A stretch of DNA of 64,000 bases from assembly GCA_030390025.1 (NCBI GenBank), contig CM059433.1, forward strand, positions 3,348,001 to 3,412,000, in the 5' to 3' direction. The notes below the pieces were generated by a model. That model was not told the origin of the DNA. It searched no databases and worked only from the letters and a program-made list of their open reading frames with translations. Position 1 is the stretch's first letter. Every line of letters starts with the position of its first letter. Position numbers and translations under genes: made by a program. Positions 14,042 to 25,137 of the stretch are shown in pieces. The stretch comes from Squalus acanthias. Taxonomy: Eukaryota.

Positions 14042-14763
14042 TCAGGGCAGATGTATTGCGGCCGGCCAATCCACTCTCAGGAGGCGGGTCAGTCGTTGAA
14101 ACCTTTTACGGAGGCTGGCTGTCTTCATTTTAACAGTGATTCTATTTTTAACCACAGTCGGCTGGGTTTCCTGGGCCAGGGGGAGTGTTTCCTCCAGGCC
14201 CAACAAGCTTATCTCTGTACCCACCCACCGACCACCATCTGCTTCCCCCCCCACCCACCGCAAACGGACCCCCCTGACAACAATCTGCTACCCCCCAATG
14301 ATCAGACCCCCCCCCGACCATCATCTGCTCCCCCCTCGCGATTGGACACCCCTATCCACCACCTGCTCCACTCCCCACACCAGTGATCGCACCCCCCACC
14401 CCGCCCCGACAAACATCTGTTCCCCATCTCCGTGATCGGACCCCCCCCCACCCCCGGCCACCATCTGCTTCCCCACCCCGGTGATCTCTCCCACCCCCCC
14501 ACCCTCAGTCGGCCTACCTGCTCTCAGCACGGCTGTCTCCTTGTGTCGCAGGCTTTCCTGCCCAACAGGCAGCCGGCCTGTCAATCAATCTGGCTGTCGG
14601 GCGGGTAACCTACAGAGAAGGATTAAAAGATGTGCAGGATGTTCGGGAAACCCTCACTTCCGGGTTTGCCATCCATAACTCCACCTCCCCGCGCCAAACG
14701 CGCCCCAAAGATAACATTGGGCCCACTGTTTTCAACACAAACACGAATAAACTTCAACAGTTA

Positions 14764-15563
14764 TAAGAACATAAGAATTAGGAGCAGGAGTCGACACACG
14801 GCCCCTCGAGCCTGCTCCGCCATTCAATAAGATCATGACTGATCTTCTCCATATCCCTTGATTCCCCATAAGTACAAAAATCTATCGATCTCAGCCTTGA
14901 ATATACTCAAAGACTCAGCATGCACAGCCCTCTGGGGCAGAGAATTCCAAAGATTCACAACCCTCTGAGTGAAGAAATTCCTCCTCATCTCAGTCTTAAA
15001 TGGCCAATCCCTTATCCTGAGACTGTGACCCCTGGTTCTAGACACTCCAGCCAGGGGAAACAACCTCTCAGCATCTACCCTGTCAATCCCCTCAGAATCT
15101 TGTATGTTTCAATGAGATCACCTCTCATTCTTCTAAACTCCAGAGAGTATAGGCCCATTCTACACAACCTATCATCATAGGACAGCCCTCTCATCCCAGG
15201 AATCAATTGAGTGAACCTTTATTGCACCGCCTCCAAGGCAAGTATATCCTTCCTTAGATAAGGAGACCAAAACTGTGCACAGTACTCCAGGTGTGGTCTC
15301 ACCAAGGCCCTGTACAATTGTAGCAAGACTTCCTTACTCTTATACTCCAACCCCTTGCAATAAAGGCCAAGATGCCATTTGCCTTCCTTATTGCTTGCTG
15401 TACCTGCATGCTAACTTTCTGTGCGTCTTGCACGAGGATACCCAAATCTCTCTGAACACCAAGATTTAAAAGTTTCTCACCATTTAAAAAATATTCTGTT
15501 TTTCGATTCTTCCCACCAGAGTGAATACCTCACATTTCCCTACATTATACTCCATCTGCCACC
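14764..15563 (-). mobile_element. CR1 LINE 3' fragment
   Basis: Reverse-strand ORF2 C-terminus and TAAGAACA-type tail repeats; closely similar to 49906-50737. Confidence 0.9.
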
Positions 15564-15565
15564 TT

Positions 15566-16341
15566 AGAAGCGAGCGCACAACAACAGGGAGAGGGAGAGA
15601 ACCGGAGGTGGCCCTCCATCCTTCACCACTTTGACAGCAGCAAAGGAGGTGGCCCTGGAAGTGTCAGGAGTTGCGGAGCTGCTGGTGGTGGGAGACGGAG
15701 AGAGGGGGACCGCTCAGCAACCTGGTGACAGAATTACACCTCATACAGCCACATGGCACACAGCATTCACTCATATGGGCACTGATGTCAGCAGCCAGTG
15801 AATGTTCAACATGTGCATAATGGTATCGTTATCCAATCTTAATATTACATTTCTAAATCATCTCTTTACTCTCCCACAGGTCCATCAAGAGTCCCCCCCC
15901 CCTCACTATCCAGCTGGAGGAGGATGCACCGTCACCAGACCTAAGACCGGCGCAGATACACACACCTCGGTGGATCCTACGCGACAAAGAGTAGTGTTGT
16001 CACCTGGTGTCTCACAAGTCACAAGTGAGCAAGAGGAGATGGCGTTGACAGGGACAGCAGTGGAGACTCCTCGCCGGAGGGTGCAGGTCGCTCCCAGCTC
16101 TGCTCAGCTGCATGCAGACGCTGAACCTCGGGGGCCATCCAGAAAGAGGGCGATCCTGGAGGTGCAGGAAGAAGTGCAGGCGGTTATGACAGGTTTGGCG
16201 GCCGTGATGTCTGCAAAAGTGCAGAGAATTGAGGAGTCCATCTCCAACATGAGCACCACCATGTCCCAGGCAATGGCAACGAAGTGCTCTTCCATGGAAA
16301 GGATGGCCACCTGCATGGAGCAGCCAATGCGCCACTCATGA
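15566..16341 (+). pseudogene. Harbinger Myb/SANT-like accessory gene fragment (exons 2-3)
   Basis: KRAHNNRERERTGGGP motif typical of Harbinger Myb proteins; acceptor CCCACAG at about 15880 opens a low-complexity exon. Confidence 0.6.
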
Positions 16342-17942
16342 GGGTACAGCCCTTGCTACCAGCTATACACCGAGCAGCTGAGGAGGAGGATTAGGAGGAG
16401 GAGGAGGAAGAGGAAGGTAAAAGGCAACCTAGACAGGCCCTTTCTGGCCAGGTTGTCCATGAAGAATTCATCCGAGTGCGATACCAGTAACCACAACACC
16501 AATTCCCCATTCACCAACAGTCCCACACCTTACCTTCTCTCTGTCACTGACCATCACAGTGTCCACTTGGCCACAATGCAAAAATAAAAGCCTTCACAAA
16601 ATAAACATTCCAAACCAAATTTATAAACTAATCACCCTTGTGCAATTCCTTAGTGCCTGTCTTCTGTGTGCCTTTGCCTGTCCTAGTGCTCCTACGCAGT
16701 GCTACCCCAGTGGCTGCAGCATGGCTGGTGGAAGGCTGCTGACTTTCCGTGGGGGAGATTGCAGATGTGTTTGGAGGATGACCTCGAGCAGCTCTGGGCC
16801 TAGAAGGCCCGGCTGTGGACTGCACTAACTTGGTCTGAGCTGCAGAAGTCTGGGCTGGCTGGCTGATAGCCAACAGCAAGGGCACTGGCGGAGTGGCAGT
16901 GGTGGGAGAACGAGTGCTTACACCATCTGCAGCTTGTAAATCAGAAGAGATTGTGGGATGAGGGGGAAGTGGGATGTGAGAAGGATGATTAGGTATGAGA
17001 ATACCGGTATCTTCGATGGTTTTAGCCCCGCCACTGGCCATGGCCTCAGCATTGGCTGTTCCAATAATGGCCAGCACCGTCTCCTCCATGGGGGCTAGGA
17101 GATGCAGGCGCACCGGTCCCCCGCCGGTTAGATCCTCTTGGCCCCCAGTTGTGCGCCACCTTGTCCTGCAAGAGAGAGGGAAGTGTGTCAGTGAGTGTCG
17201 TGCAATCTGTTTGGCTGATGTGGCTGTCATGGTTGAATAGCTGGCAGGGTGTGAGGCTTGCAGCAGTGCTAAGTGTGTGAGGGTGAGGTGAAGCTACGAA
17301 TGTGAGGTATGAGTCCTGATTGACAGAGATTGTTGGTAGGTGAGTGATGGGGGTGTGTGTGGTACATTGAGCAGTGTGTGAGGCTAGTGGGGCAGTTGGT
17401 AGGATATGGCATTTGAAGATGCATTCACTGACCTTGGCCACTCGTGTGAGGTCATTGAACTGCTTACGACACTGCATCCAGGTCCTTGGGGCTTGACTCC
17501 TGGTATTGACCACCACAACTATCTGCTCCCACTGCCTTCTGACCGTGTGTCTGGAGGGCCTCCTGTGGATACAGCAGATCTCTCCTCCTTTCCACCTCCT
17601 CCACCAAGGCTTCCAGTGCAGCATCGGAAAACTTTGGAGCCCGCCCTCTCCCATGTTGTGCCATTATTGAGTGTTTCCCAGGTCAGAATCAGTGGTAGAA
17701 CAACTTCCAGCACATGCTCCAGCCACAATGCACCTCTCCTTTAAGAGGTGCAGGCTAGCTTTAGGTAGTGCTAGCAAAGGTACAATTTTGGGGCCCCTGC
17801 TGATGCGAGCAGCCCAACAACAGCGCAGTTAGTGCTGGCTGCACGAAGTTGGCATGCTGTCTGCGTTACATCGAACGGGCGCAGGCTAATCACACATCGC
17901 GATCCCCGCACCCGTTTTCTGGGGTCCATCGAATTTAGCCCC
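16342..17942 (-). mobile_element. PIF/Harbinger transposon right half: transposase acidic tail plus degenerate Myb/SANT gene
   Basis: MAQHGRGRAPKFSDAALEALVEEV...RTWMQCRKQFNDL; intron donor AAG|GTCAGT; collinear with 54100-58309; end GAATTTAGCCCC. Confidence 0.85.
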
Positions 17943-18772
17943 GAGTCCATAAAAAAATGACCATGCTCAGGCCAATTACACCCAATTTTATTTTTCCAAA
18001 ATTGGCAGCTGCGCAGAGCTCCAGTGGTCATGCACTGCAGTTAAGCACTATTCATTATTTTAAGGAATAATGAAAGAACCAACTGATTATGATGTACTGC
18101 AGGTTAAAGGAGGAGCCTCGCCATCAGTATATTGTTTTGAAAATCAAAATAGTTGTAAAGTTGTAAAGTATCACAAAAGGTCTGTCATGAAATATCGGGC
18201 TTGACAGTGTGCGGGAGTGGAATTAACATCAGTAGGAGATGCTGTATCATCATAACATCAGAGCACTCCAATGATCACGTTATTTCAACTGTGCCTATTC
18301 TATTCATCCATAAGTCAACCACAGTAACTCATCCAAACCAGTTTCATGGGGATTTCATCAGCACTCATATGAATGACCTATACATAAGAAGTATTTTTAA
18401 AAGCAAATTAATATCATGGTTTATTCCAATTTGATTTTTAAATGGAACATACCATTGAAGGGATTCCTTCTGCAAGCGTAACTAGAAGCATGGGGCCTGA
18501 TGTTCCAGAATCCCAACACCACAAATGCAACAGGGTGTGATTGACGGCCAGCGGCCAGCAACGATAGTGACCGCCTTTCCGGGCAAAGTAGCCACTTAAA
18601 ACCGTTGCCATATCCTAGGACTCCACCCGAATCTGGCATGTGGAATCCTTCAACGGCCCTATACTGCTTTTAACGGCCCTCTGACTCATAATATAGCTTT
18701 TAAACCGTTCATACACAACGACTAGATTGAAAGGAACAGCCACTGACCAAACCTGGACAAAAATACCTCAGT

Positions 18773-19650
18773 TTTAGGAAGGACAGGAAGGACAGGAAGC
18801 TAGGAAAAGGTGGAGGGGTGGCTCTGTTAATTAATGATGGTATTAGCACAATAGAGAGGGATAACCTAAGTTCAGGAAACCAGGATGCAGAAGCGGTTTG
18901 GGTAGAGATGAGAAATGATAAAGGCAAGAAGTCCCTTATGCGAGTGGTGTACAGGCCCCCTAACAGTAACCACATGGTAGGATGGAGTATAAAGGAAGAA
19001 ATAATGGGAGCTTGTCAGAAAGGTACGGCAATAATCATGGGGGATTTTAATCTACATATAGACTGGACAAATCAGATGGGCAAGGGTAGCCTAGATGAGG
19101 AGTTCATCGAATGTTTTCGGGATAGTTTCTTAGAACAGCACGTTCTGGAGCCAACCAGAGAGCAGGCTATACTAGACCTGGTATTGTGCAACGAGATAGG
19201 ATTAATTAATGACCTCATAGTGAAGGCGCCCCTAGGTAGCAGTGATCATAATATGATTGAATTTTACATTCAGTTTGAGAGAGAGAAGAGTGGGTCCAAG
19301 TCTAGTATTTTAAACTTAAATAAGGGCAATTATGAGGGCATGAAAGCAGAGCTAGCTAAAGTGAACTGGCAAATTAGGTTAAGGGATAGGTCAATAGAGT
19401 TGCAGTGGCAGACATTTAAGGGGATATTTCAGAATACACAGAATATATACATTCCAACGAGAAAGAAAAATTCCAAGGGGAGGACCCACCATCCGTGGTT
19501 AACTAAAAATGTTAAAGATAGTATCAAACTTAAAGAAAAAGCATAGAATTGCGCAAAGATGGGTGGCATATCAGAAGATTGGACAGAATATAAAAAACAG
19601 CAAAGAATGACTAAAAGATTAATAAGGAGAGAAAAATTAGAGTACGAGAG
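18773..19650 (+). mobile_element. CR1 LINE, 5' part (ORF2 APE endonuclease), interrupted by the provirus
   Basis: VVYRPP, IIMGDFN, LDLVL and GSSDH motifs; continues at 34449 (EYE|RKLA). Confidence 0.92.
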
Positions 19651-21301
19651 TGTAAGGGGTTTGCTCGTGCTGTGCTTCTAGGTGCTTGTGCGGGGTTAGA
19701 CCTTATTGCTTGCTCTGGTCTCCAGCCAGCCTTGCAGCACTAAACACCTGTGAGTGGTTCAACCCACTCGCCCTTACGGTTCTGACACTGGACTTAGGTG
19801 CGAGAGCAGTAATGCAGAGAAAACTCAGGTAGACCCGGTTGAATAGTACGAAATGGAAATCTTTATTGCATATTGTTCAAAATTACGAAATACATGTCAT
19901 AAGCACAGATTAATGACAGTACAAGCTTACATACATTTATAAAACTAGGTTTAGGGAAATGAGGAGCGCACGACACATCGTAAAAGGGGACACACATTAT
20001 TATTATCCTTAATGAAGAAGACACCCTCCCCTATCAATACCTGCACTAATCTAGATCTGTAGGATCGAGAAACATGCTCACTACTCGTAATACCTCGGAG
20101 AATTCTAAAACGGCGCTCGGCTGTTTTCGCTGCAGCACCTGACCGTTCACGTGTTGACCAGAGGTCTCTGTACCCCACTTGTTTATTTGCTCTGCTCCGG
20201 CTAGCAGGCTAGAACGTCTGCTCTCATGAAGATCTGTGTTGACCTCGGACTCCTGATAAAACTCAAAGAAGAGTCTTCCTGTGCCGACACCGGTTGTCGA
20301 TAGAATTCGAAGAAAAGTCTTCTTGGGCCAGTTCGTGTAGTAACCTATAGAGTTCAAAAATGGTCAATATATTTTCGGGCGCGGTCGGGGTTTACTGACC
20401 GCGGCGGCACGTGTAGTCGTCTTCCTCTCTTCTCATCTCATCTCCTCGGGCCTTCGGATCCAAACACCGTTTACCGACCTTCGGGATGGTGCACCCGCTT
20501 ATCGGCCTTCGCAGTCCAGCTCTTCACAGATCTTCGCGGCAAGCCACGAGGTCGACCCCAAAAAGGATCAGCGGAACAAGAGCCCGGAGAATACCAGCTC
20601 GATGAACGGCAAGAGCATAAGCGATGAGAGTCGTCAGGGATAAGAGAGAGTCAAGAGAAAGATGGACGTTTGTTCACTACAGTTATAGTACTGTAATTCC
20701 TTATCTCCCGCCCAATCTTAATGTTCATCTTTTGTAATATTTTGGCGCTCAAACTTCTTGTATGGGGTGATTCTTGTTTGTAATGGGTTTCGGTGATACT
20801 TGTAACAGGCCAAACACCCGTTAATGTGTCTCCCATTGTGAAACCGGCTAGGAGCCTCCCTGGCGGGGTTTTGGGGGCCTCCGAAATATTTGTGTAAGTA
20901 CCCGCGAATGGCTCTCTCATTGTAGAGCTGCGGGGAATTTGCGTATTAATGTCTTTGGATGGGCCTCTGAATGCCCAGTACAATAGCCCTTGCTTGTGCA
21001 TGGAAAACCGATTCCAGCACTTATATCTCTTGCTTATTGTGTCGAATGCAAATCGGTCGCGTCCTGCCTTTTACCGATGTTTGCTGAGTATTATCCGATC
21101 TTACTGAAATGTTTATTGGAACGCCATCTTGTCTGCCTACTGAAAAGTCTAGAAACTTCTGCCACGAGGCGCGGCGGCCATTTTACAGGCTTCTTGTGTC
21201 CGTTTTGAAACATGACAGCATTTTGCTGAAATAAAACTACTTAAACGAAACTGTATCTCTCTCTCGTTATTTTCGAATCGCGATAATTTGCGAATTTTAC
21301 A
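19651..21301 (-). repeat. 3' LTR (1651 bp)
   Basis: Minus strand reads TGTAAAATTCGC...CCCCTTACA; about 17 substitutions versus the 5' LTR counted by eye; AATAAA at 19862-19867; TATAA at 20683-20687. Confidence 0.95.
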
Positions 21302-21314
21302 GTCCCTCCTGTTC
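21302..21314 (-). promoter_or_regulatory. Polypurine tract
   Basis: GAACAGGAGGGAC immediately 5' of the 3' LTR. Confidence 0.75.
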
Positions 21315-21574
21315 ATGCGAATAACTCCGCTTATCGTATCAATTAAAAGTTGTGGTGAGCAACATTATCCCGATTCTCCATATCCAAATACTCCCCTGAC
21401 TTAAACTATCTAGGGTCTCCATGCCGTCCTTATCTCCCAGGGAAAATTACGTTACTTATATACACCGTAGGCAGTATTGCCTTTCAACTTACACCGCGTG
21501 CATGTCTTCCCGGTGCAACAGGCCGATGCCTCGTGCACCACCTGTACAAGCATGTTTTATTATTCAAAGGAAAA

Positions 21575-21687
21575 AATAATCAAACAAATCATTTAAAAAT
21601 ACAAAATTAGCAATAATCAAACAACTCCTTTTAAAATACAAAGTTCACAATAATCAAAACAACTCCTTTTAAAATACAAAGTTCACA
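21575..21687. repeat. Three ~38-bp tandem repeats in the env 3' UTR
   Basis: AATAATCAAACAAyTCyTTTAAAATACAAA...-like unit three times. Confidence 0.85.
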
Positions 21688-21763
21688 CTTGGTTACATAT
21701 CAAGTCACAATCAATTACAAAACTAGCACACATGGTGAAATGGAGCGGCGTCATCCCGGCCGT

Positions 21764-24114
21764 TTACGCGGCGCTTTCCTCGTGCACGCGCACGTAACGT
21801 TCTCTCCACTCCCCAGTGTTCTCCTGCTTGGTGAGGCGCTTGCCCCTCTTGCAGTGCACGACCAATAGGTACACTACAATTATTACCTGGCATACAACTA
21901 AAATGTGGGAGGCTATTCTAATCCAGGAAGGCACTTCAATGTTGGTGAACAGATCCCACCACGGTGGGATTACTATGTCTAGAATTTCTGACCCTATCTC
22001 GACAGTCTTTTGCTCTAGGGTATAAAAAAATTTTTGCGAAACCGCAACGGCTTTCAAAAGCTTGGTGAGGTGTTCAGGGAGAGGGGGAATGATGTATCCG
22101 AAATGCGCGACAAATCGCTGCAAGTCGGTGAAATTCTCCTTTACTGTTAGATGAACAATGGATGGTTCAGGGATCGGGACAATTTGCTGCTGTGCCACTT
22201 GGACTTCAGCCCTGGGTTTCAAACAGAAACTGCTGTCACTCACCGGACACCGGCTACGGTTTCCACGCTGGTAGTGTTGCGCTGCAGTGGTAACGCAATA
22301 TGTTCCACCCCCTATGTATGCTACCTGCGGAGGCACATGATCTTGTGTCATTGCCTCCATGGTGCAATTCATGGGCTTGGCGCCAGCCGTTCTGAACCCG
22401 CACTGTGGTGATAAAAAGGCATTCAAGTGCTGGGGACACAGTATTATGTGTGCTCCCGGCCACGACAGCCAGACAGATCTGTACCTGTCATCGTTTGCTC
22501 CCAGCGGATGACGTAAGGTGGGACCGTTGCATAGCGAATGTGGGCTCCCCCCTGAATGACACCAATGTTCTCTACCCGATACACCGGGGCGGTCTTTGCT
22601 GTGTCGCCCAAAACTGGCATACGTAAGACTATACCCATAATGGTATGGTTAGACCGTCCGCAGTCCACGGGGACTGGGTATGCTTCTGAAGCTAGCCTGA
22701 GCTGGCACGGGCTTAATGCGTTCTGAAAAGGGTGGAGCGCTTGCAGGTGTTTGTTACTTATCCAGGACGGGACCAAACCTTGTTTTAAATCCTCCAAATT
22801 ACTGCGGCCCTCGCCCAGTAACCACGCCCCGTACAATACGCACACCTTGTTCTGCGCAGCCTGATCGGATGCATTCAGATCTTCCCTGATCAGGGCATTT
22901 ACCGTACGCGCATGCATCTCCAGCTCTGCTATAATTTCCTTTAAGTGTAGCGTCATGGCCTGGTCCTCATGTAATTCAGACCCTACTACCTTATTTTCGC
23001 TTGTGAGGATGTTCTTTAATTGGGTTTTTAAACCATTAATCTGGGTCTGCAGCTCCACGTTGTCTAGAGCGTTGACCACAGATGTCCCTGTATTGAAAGC
23101 AGTGAACATGTCGTTCACAACACCCCTTCTTTGTCTCCCCACCTGGCCCAAAACTTCGTGTGGTGTGGTGTACAAGCTTGTTTTGTCAATCTCCGCAAAA
23201 TCAAACTCGTAGCATTGTCTAAACATGTTTGTCAACAGGACCTGGTACAATTGTTCCGTCTCTTTGGGGCACCACCCTGGCAACCGCACCTCGGTGAGAT
23301 TTAAAATCACCAAGGCCACCGCGTAATGCACCCCCTGAAATAGTATCTGGTCTGTTGGGACCAGTACCAAACCATTCCCGGGTCCCTTAGTGGTTTTAGG
23401 GCACCCTTCTTCCTGAGCCAAAACCACCGGAATCGTGGGCGGAGCTTTGCGTGGGCGTGTGATGAGTTCAGTGGCGTTTACCGGGATCGGAGAGTATGGA
23501 GCTCCGCACCCCCTGGTGCTGACATCCCACCTCATCCCTTTCCCGTTATCCTGCCACTGGTGCACGAAAAATATGGATATGCCTTTGGGGCAAACGTGCT
23601 TCGACCCCCACATACATGCATAGATTCCCTCATCCGGTTCCCACCATTTGTCCCAACAGACTTTCAAACGTCCGTTAGTCCCCGTAATTGTCCTATGGGT
23701 ATTGTTACCCAATCGCTCCCACTCGACCGAGGAATTCCTCATATTTTTGCTCAGCTTTCGTAGCCACCACCATCGGCTCAATGGGACGTTCCCATTACAA
23801 GTCAAACAAATCCTTTTGCCGACGGTGACGCTGATCCTGGGCGCAATGATCCTCACTTTGGGGCACATCAAAGAAGTCTCTTTGTAGGCAAATCCCGATG
23901 CACTGGAGTATTCAGTTGAATTCGTTCCCAGCCATCCCGGCCACCTTCCCTTGTGGAAATAAGTGGCGGTCTCCTCCGCCTCTCGCTTCCCGGTCCCATC
24001 CGTCGCGATGGGGGCCGTGTCCTCGGAGCATCCAAACACCACGACATCCTTGGTGCGGCCTCGATAGGCCAGTCCACATCCGATTGCCGCGAGCACTACC
24101 AGAATCCGTTCCAT
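21764..24114 (-). pseudogene. env: env: signal peptide, Ig-like domain, class I fusion protein and TM anchor; one frameshift near 22450
   Basis: Signal MERILVVLAAIGCGLA; furin site RQRR at 23125-23136 followed by GVVNDMFTAFNTGTSVVNAL and a heptad repeat; Cys-rich region; TM IASHILVVCQVIIVVYLLVV then CKRGKR; the 593-aa and 220-aa ORFs join through a frameshift in a CACACA run. Confidence 0.88.
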
Positions 24115-24399
24115 CCTTCCTTGGTTCCTGTGATCAGATAAAATGATGTAGCCAGCCTCCCAAGAGTCTCTGGCTTTTGTGAAGGGTGAGCGGGTCCCTT
24201 GACCTCGCCTCACGTAAAAAGACATGTGTCCTGGATAGACTTTTAACTAAACCTATTTCTAAACTCCCATCATTTATCTTTTACAATTAAAATTATTTAC
24301 TACAAACTTAACCAAATTTACAAATCTATAAACTTAAACTTATAAACTTATCCTTAACTTATAAACTGTACAGCGCCGCCCGTTCCCAGGGCGGCCTAC

Positions 24400-25137
24400 T
24401 CAAATTCTGCGAAGGCTGCCATAATCTTTTCCCAACGGTGGGAGGGCACTGACCCCTTCCTTTGATCTGCCGCAGCCTGTTGCTGCTGCGCTGGGACGGG
24501 GATTTTCCTGGGCTGCCTTGGCCTTGAACCTACGCCTGGGGGCACTCTGGGGACTCGACCATACCTTCCTGGGCTGGGGTGTCCGACTTGACCTATGGGG
24601 GGCTACCTGGGGCAAGAACTCCAGGACCGACGGACCGGGTACCGAGACTTCCACCGTCACGACCTGTGGTTCCACCACAGCCGTTGGCACCGCCTCCCCT
24701 GGCTCCGCCTCCCTGAACTCGGGATCTGCAGTCTCTGGTACCGCCCTACTTGGCCCAGTAGGCGGCCCTTCACTTGCAATCCCTACCTCCCCCAAGGGCA
24801 AGACTCCCAAGGCTGACGGACCGGGTTCTGAGACTTCCACTGTCACGACCTGTGGTTCTACCATAGCCGCTGGCTCCGCCTCCCCTGGCTCCGCCCCCCT
24901 GAGCTCGGGACCTGCTGTTTCTGCTTCCACCCTGTGTGGACCTCCACTCGCAGTCCCTATCTCCCCTTCTCTTGAGTCGAGGGCGAATCTTTCGTCCTCC
25001 GATCTCAGCTCCTCTCCGATCGGGTCACTATCTTGGTCGAGCTGCTCGAACTCTTCCTCATCTGACTCCCATCCCCAAGAAAAGATATTACACTTTCCCA
25101 GAATGTCCTCTCCCCTCACGCAAGCTGCTTTACCAGT
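24400..25137 (-). CDS. Acidic Pro/Glu-rich reading frame in frame with pol (probable integrase C-terminal extension or accessory ORF)
   Basis: Open for about 245 codons directly after the TAG at 25138, in the pol frame; no upstream ATG; contains a 186-bp internal duplication. Confidence 0.55.
   Translation of the reverse strand, partial: TGKAACVRGEDILGKCNIFSWGWESDEEEFEQLDQDSDPIGEELRSEDERFALDSREGEIGTASGGPHRVEAETAGPELRGAEPGEAEPAAMVEPQVVTVEVSEPGPSALGVLPLGEVGIASEGPPTGPSRAVPETADPEFREAEPGEAVPTAVVEPQVVTVEVSVPGPSVLEFLPQVAPHRSSRTPQPRKVWSSPQSAPRRRFKAKAAQENPRPSAAATGCGRSKEGVSALPPLGKDYGSLRRI

Noticed and set aside
19951..21208. ORFs inside the LTRs (75-116 aa), seen twice
   Set aside because: Duplication merely reflects LTR identity; no recognisable domains, and equivalent full-length ORFs are not kept in the sister LTR
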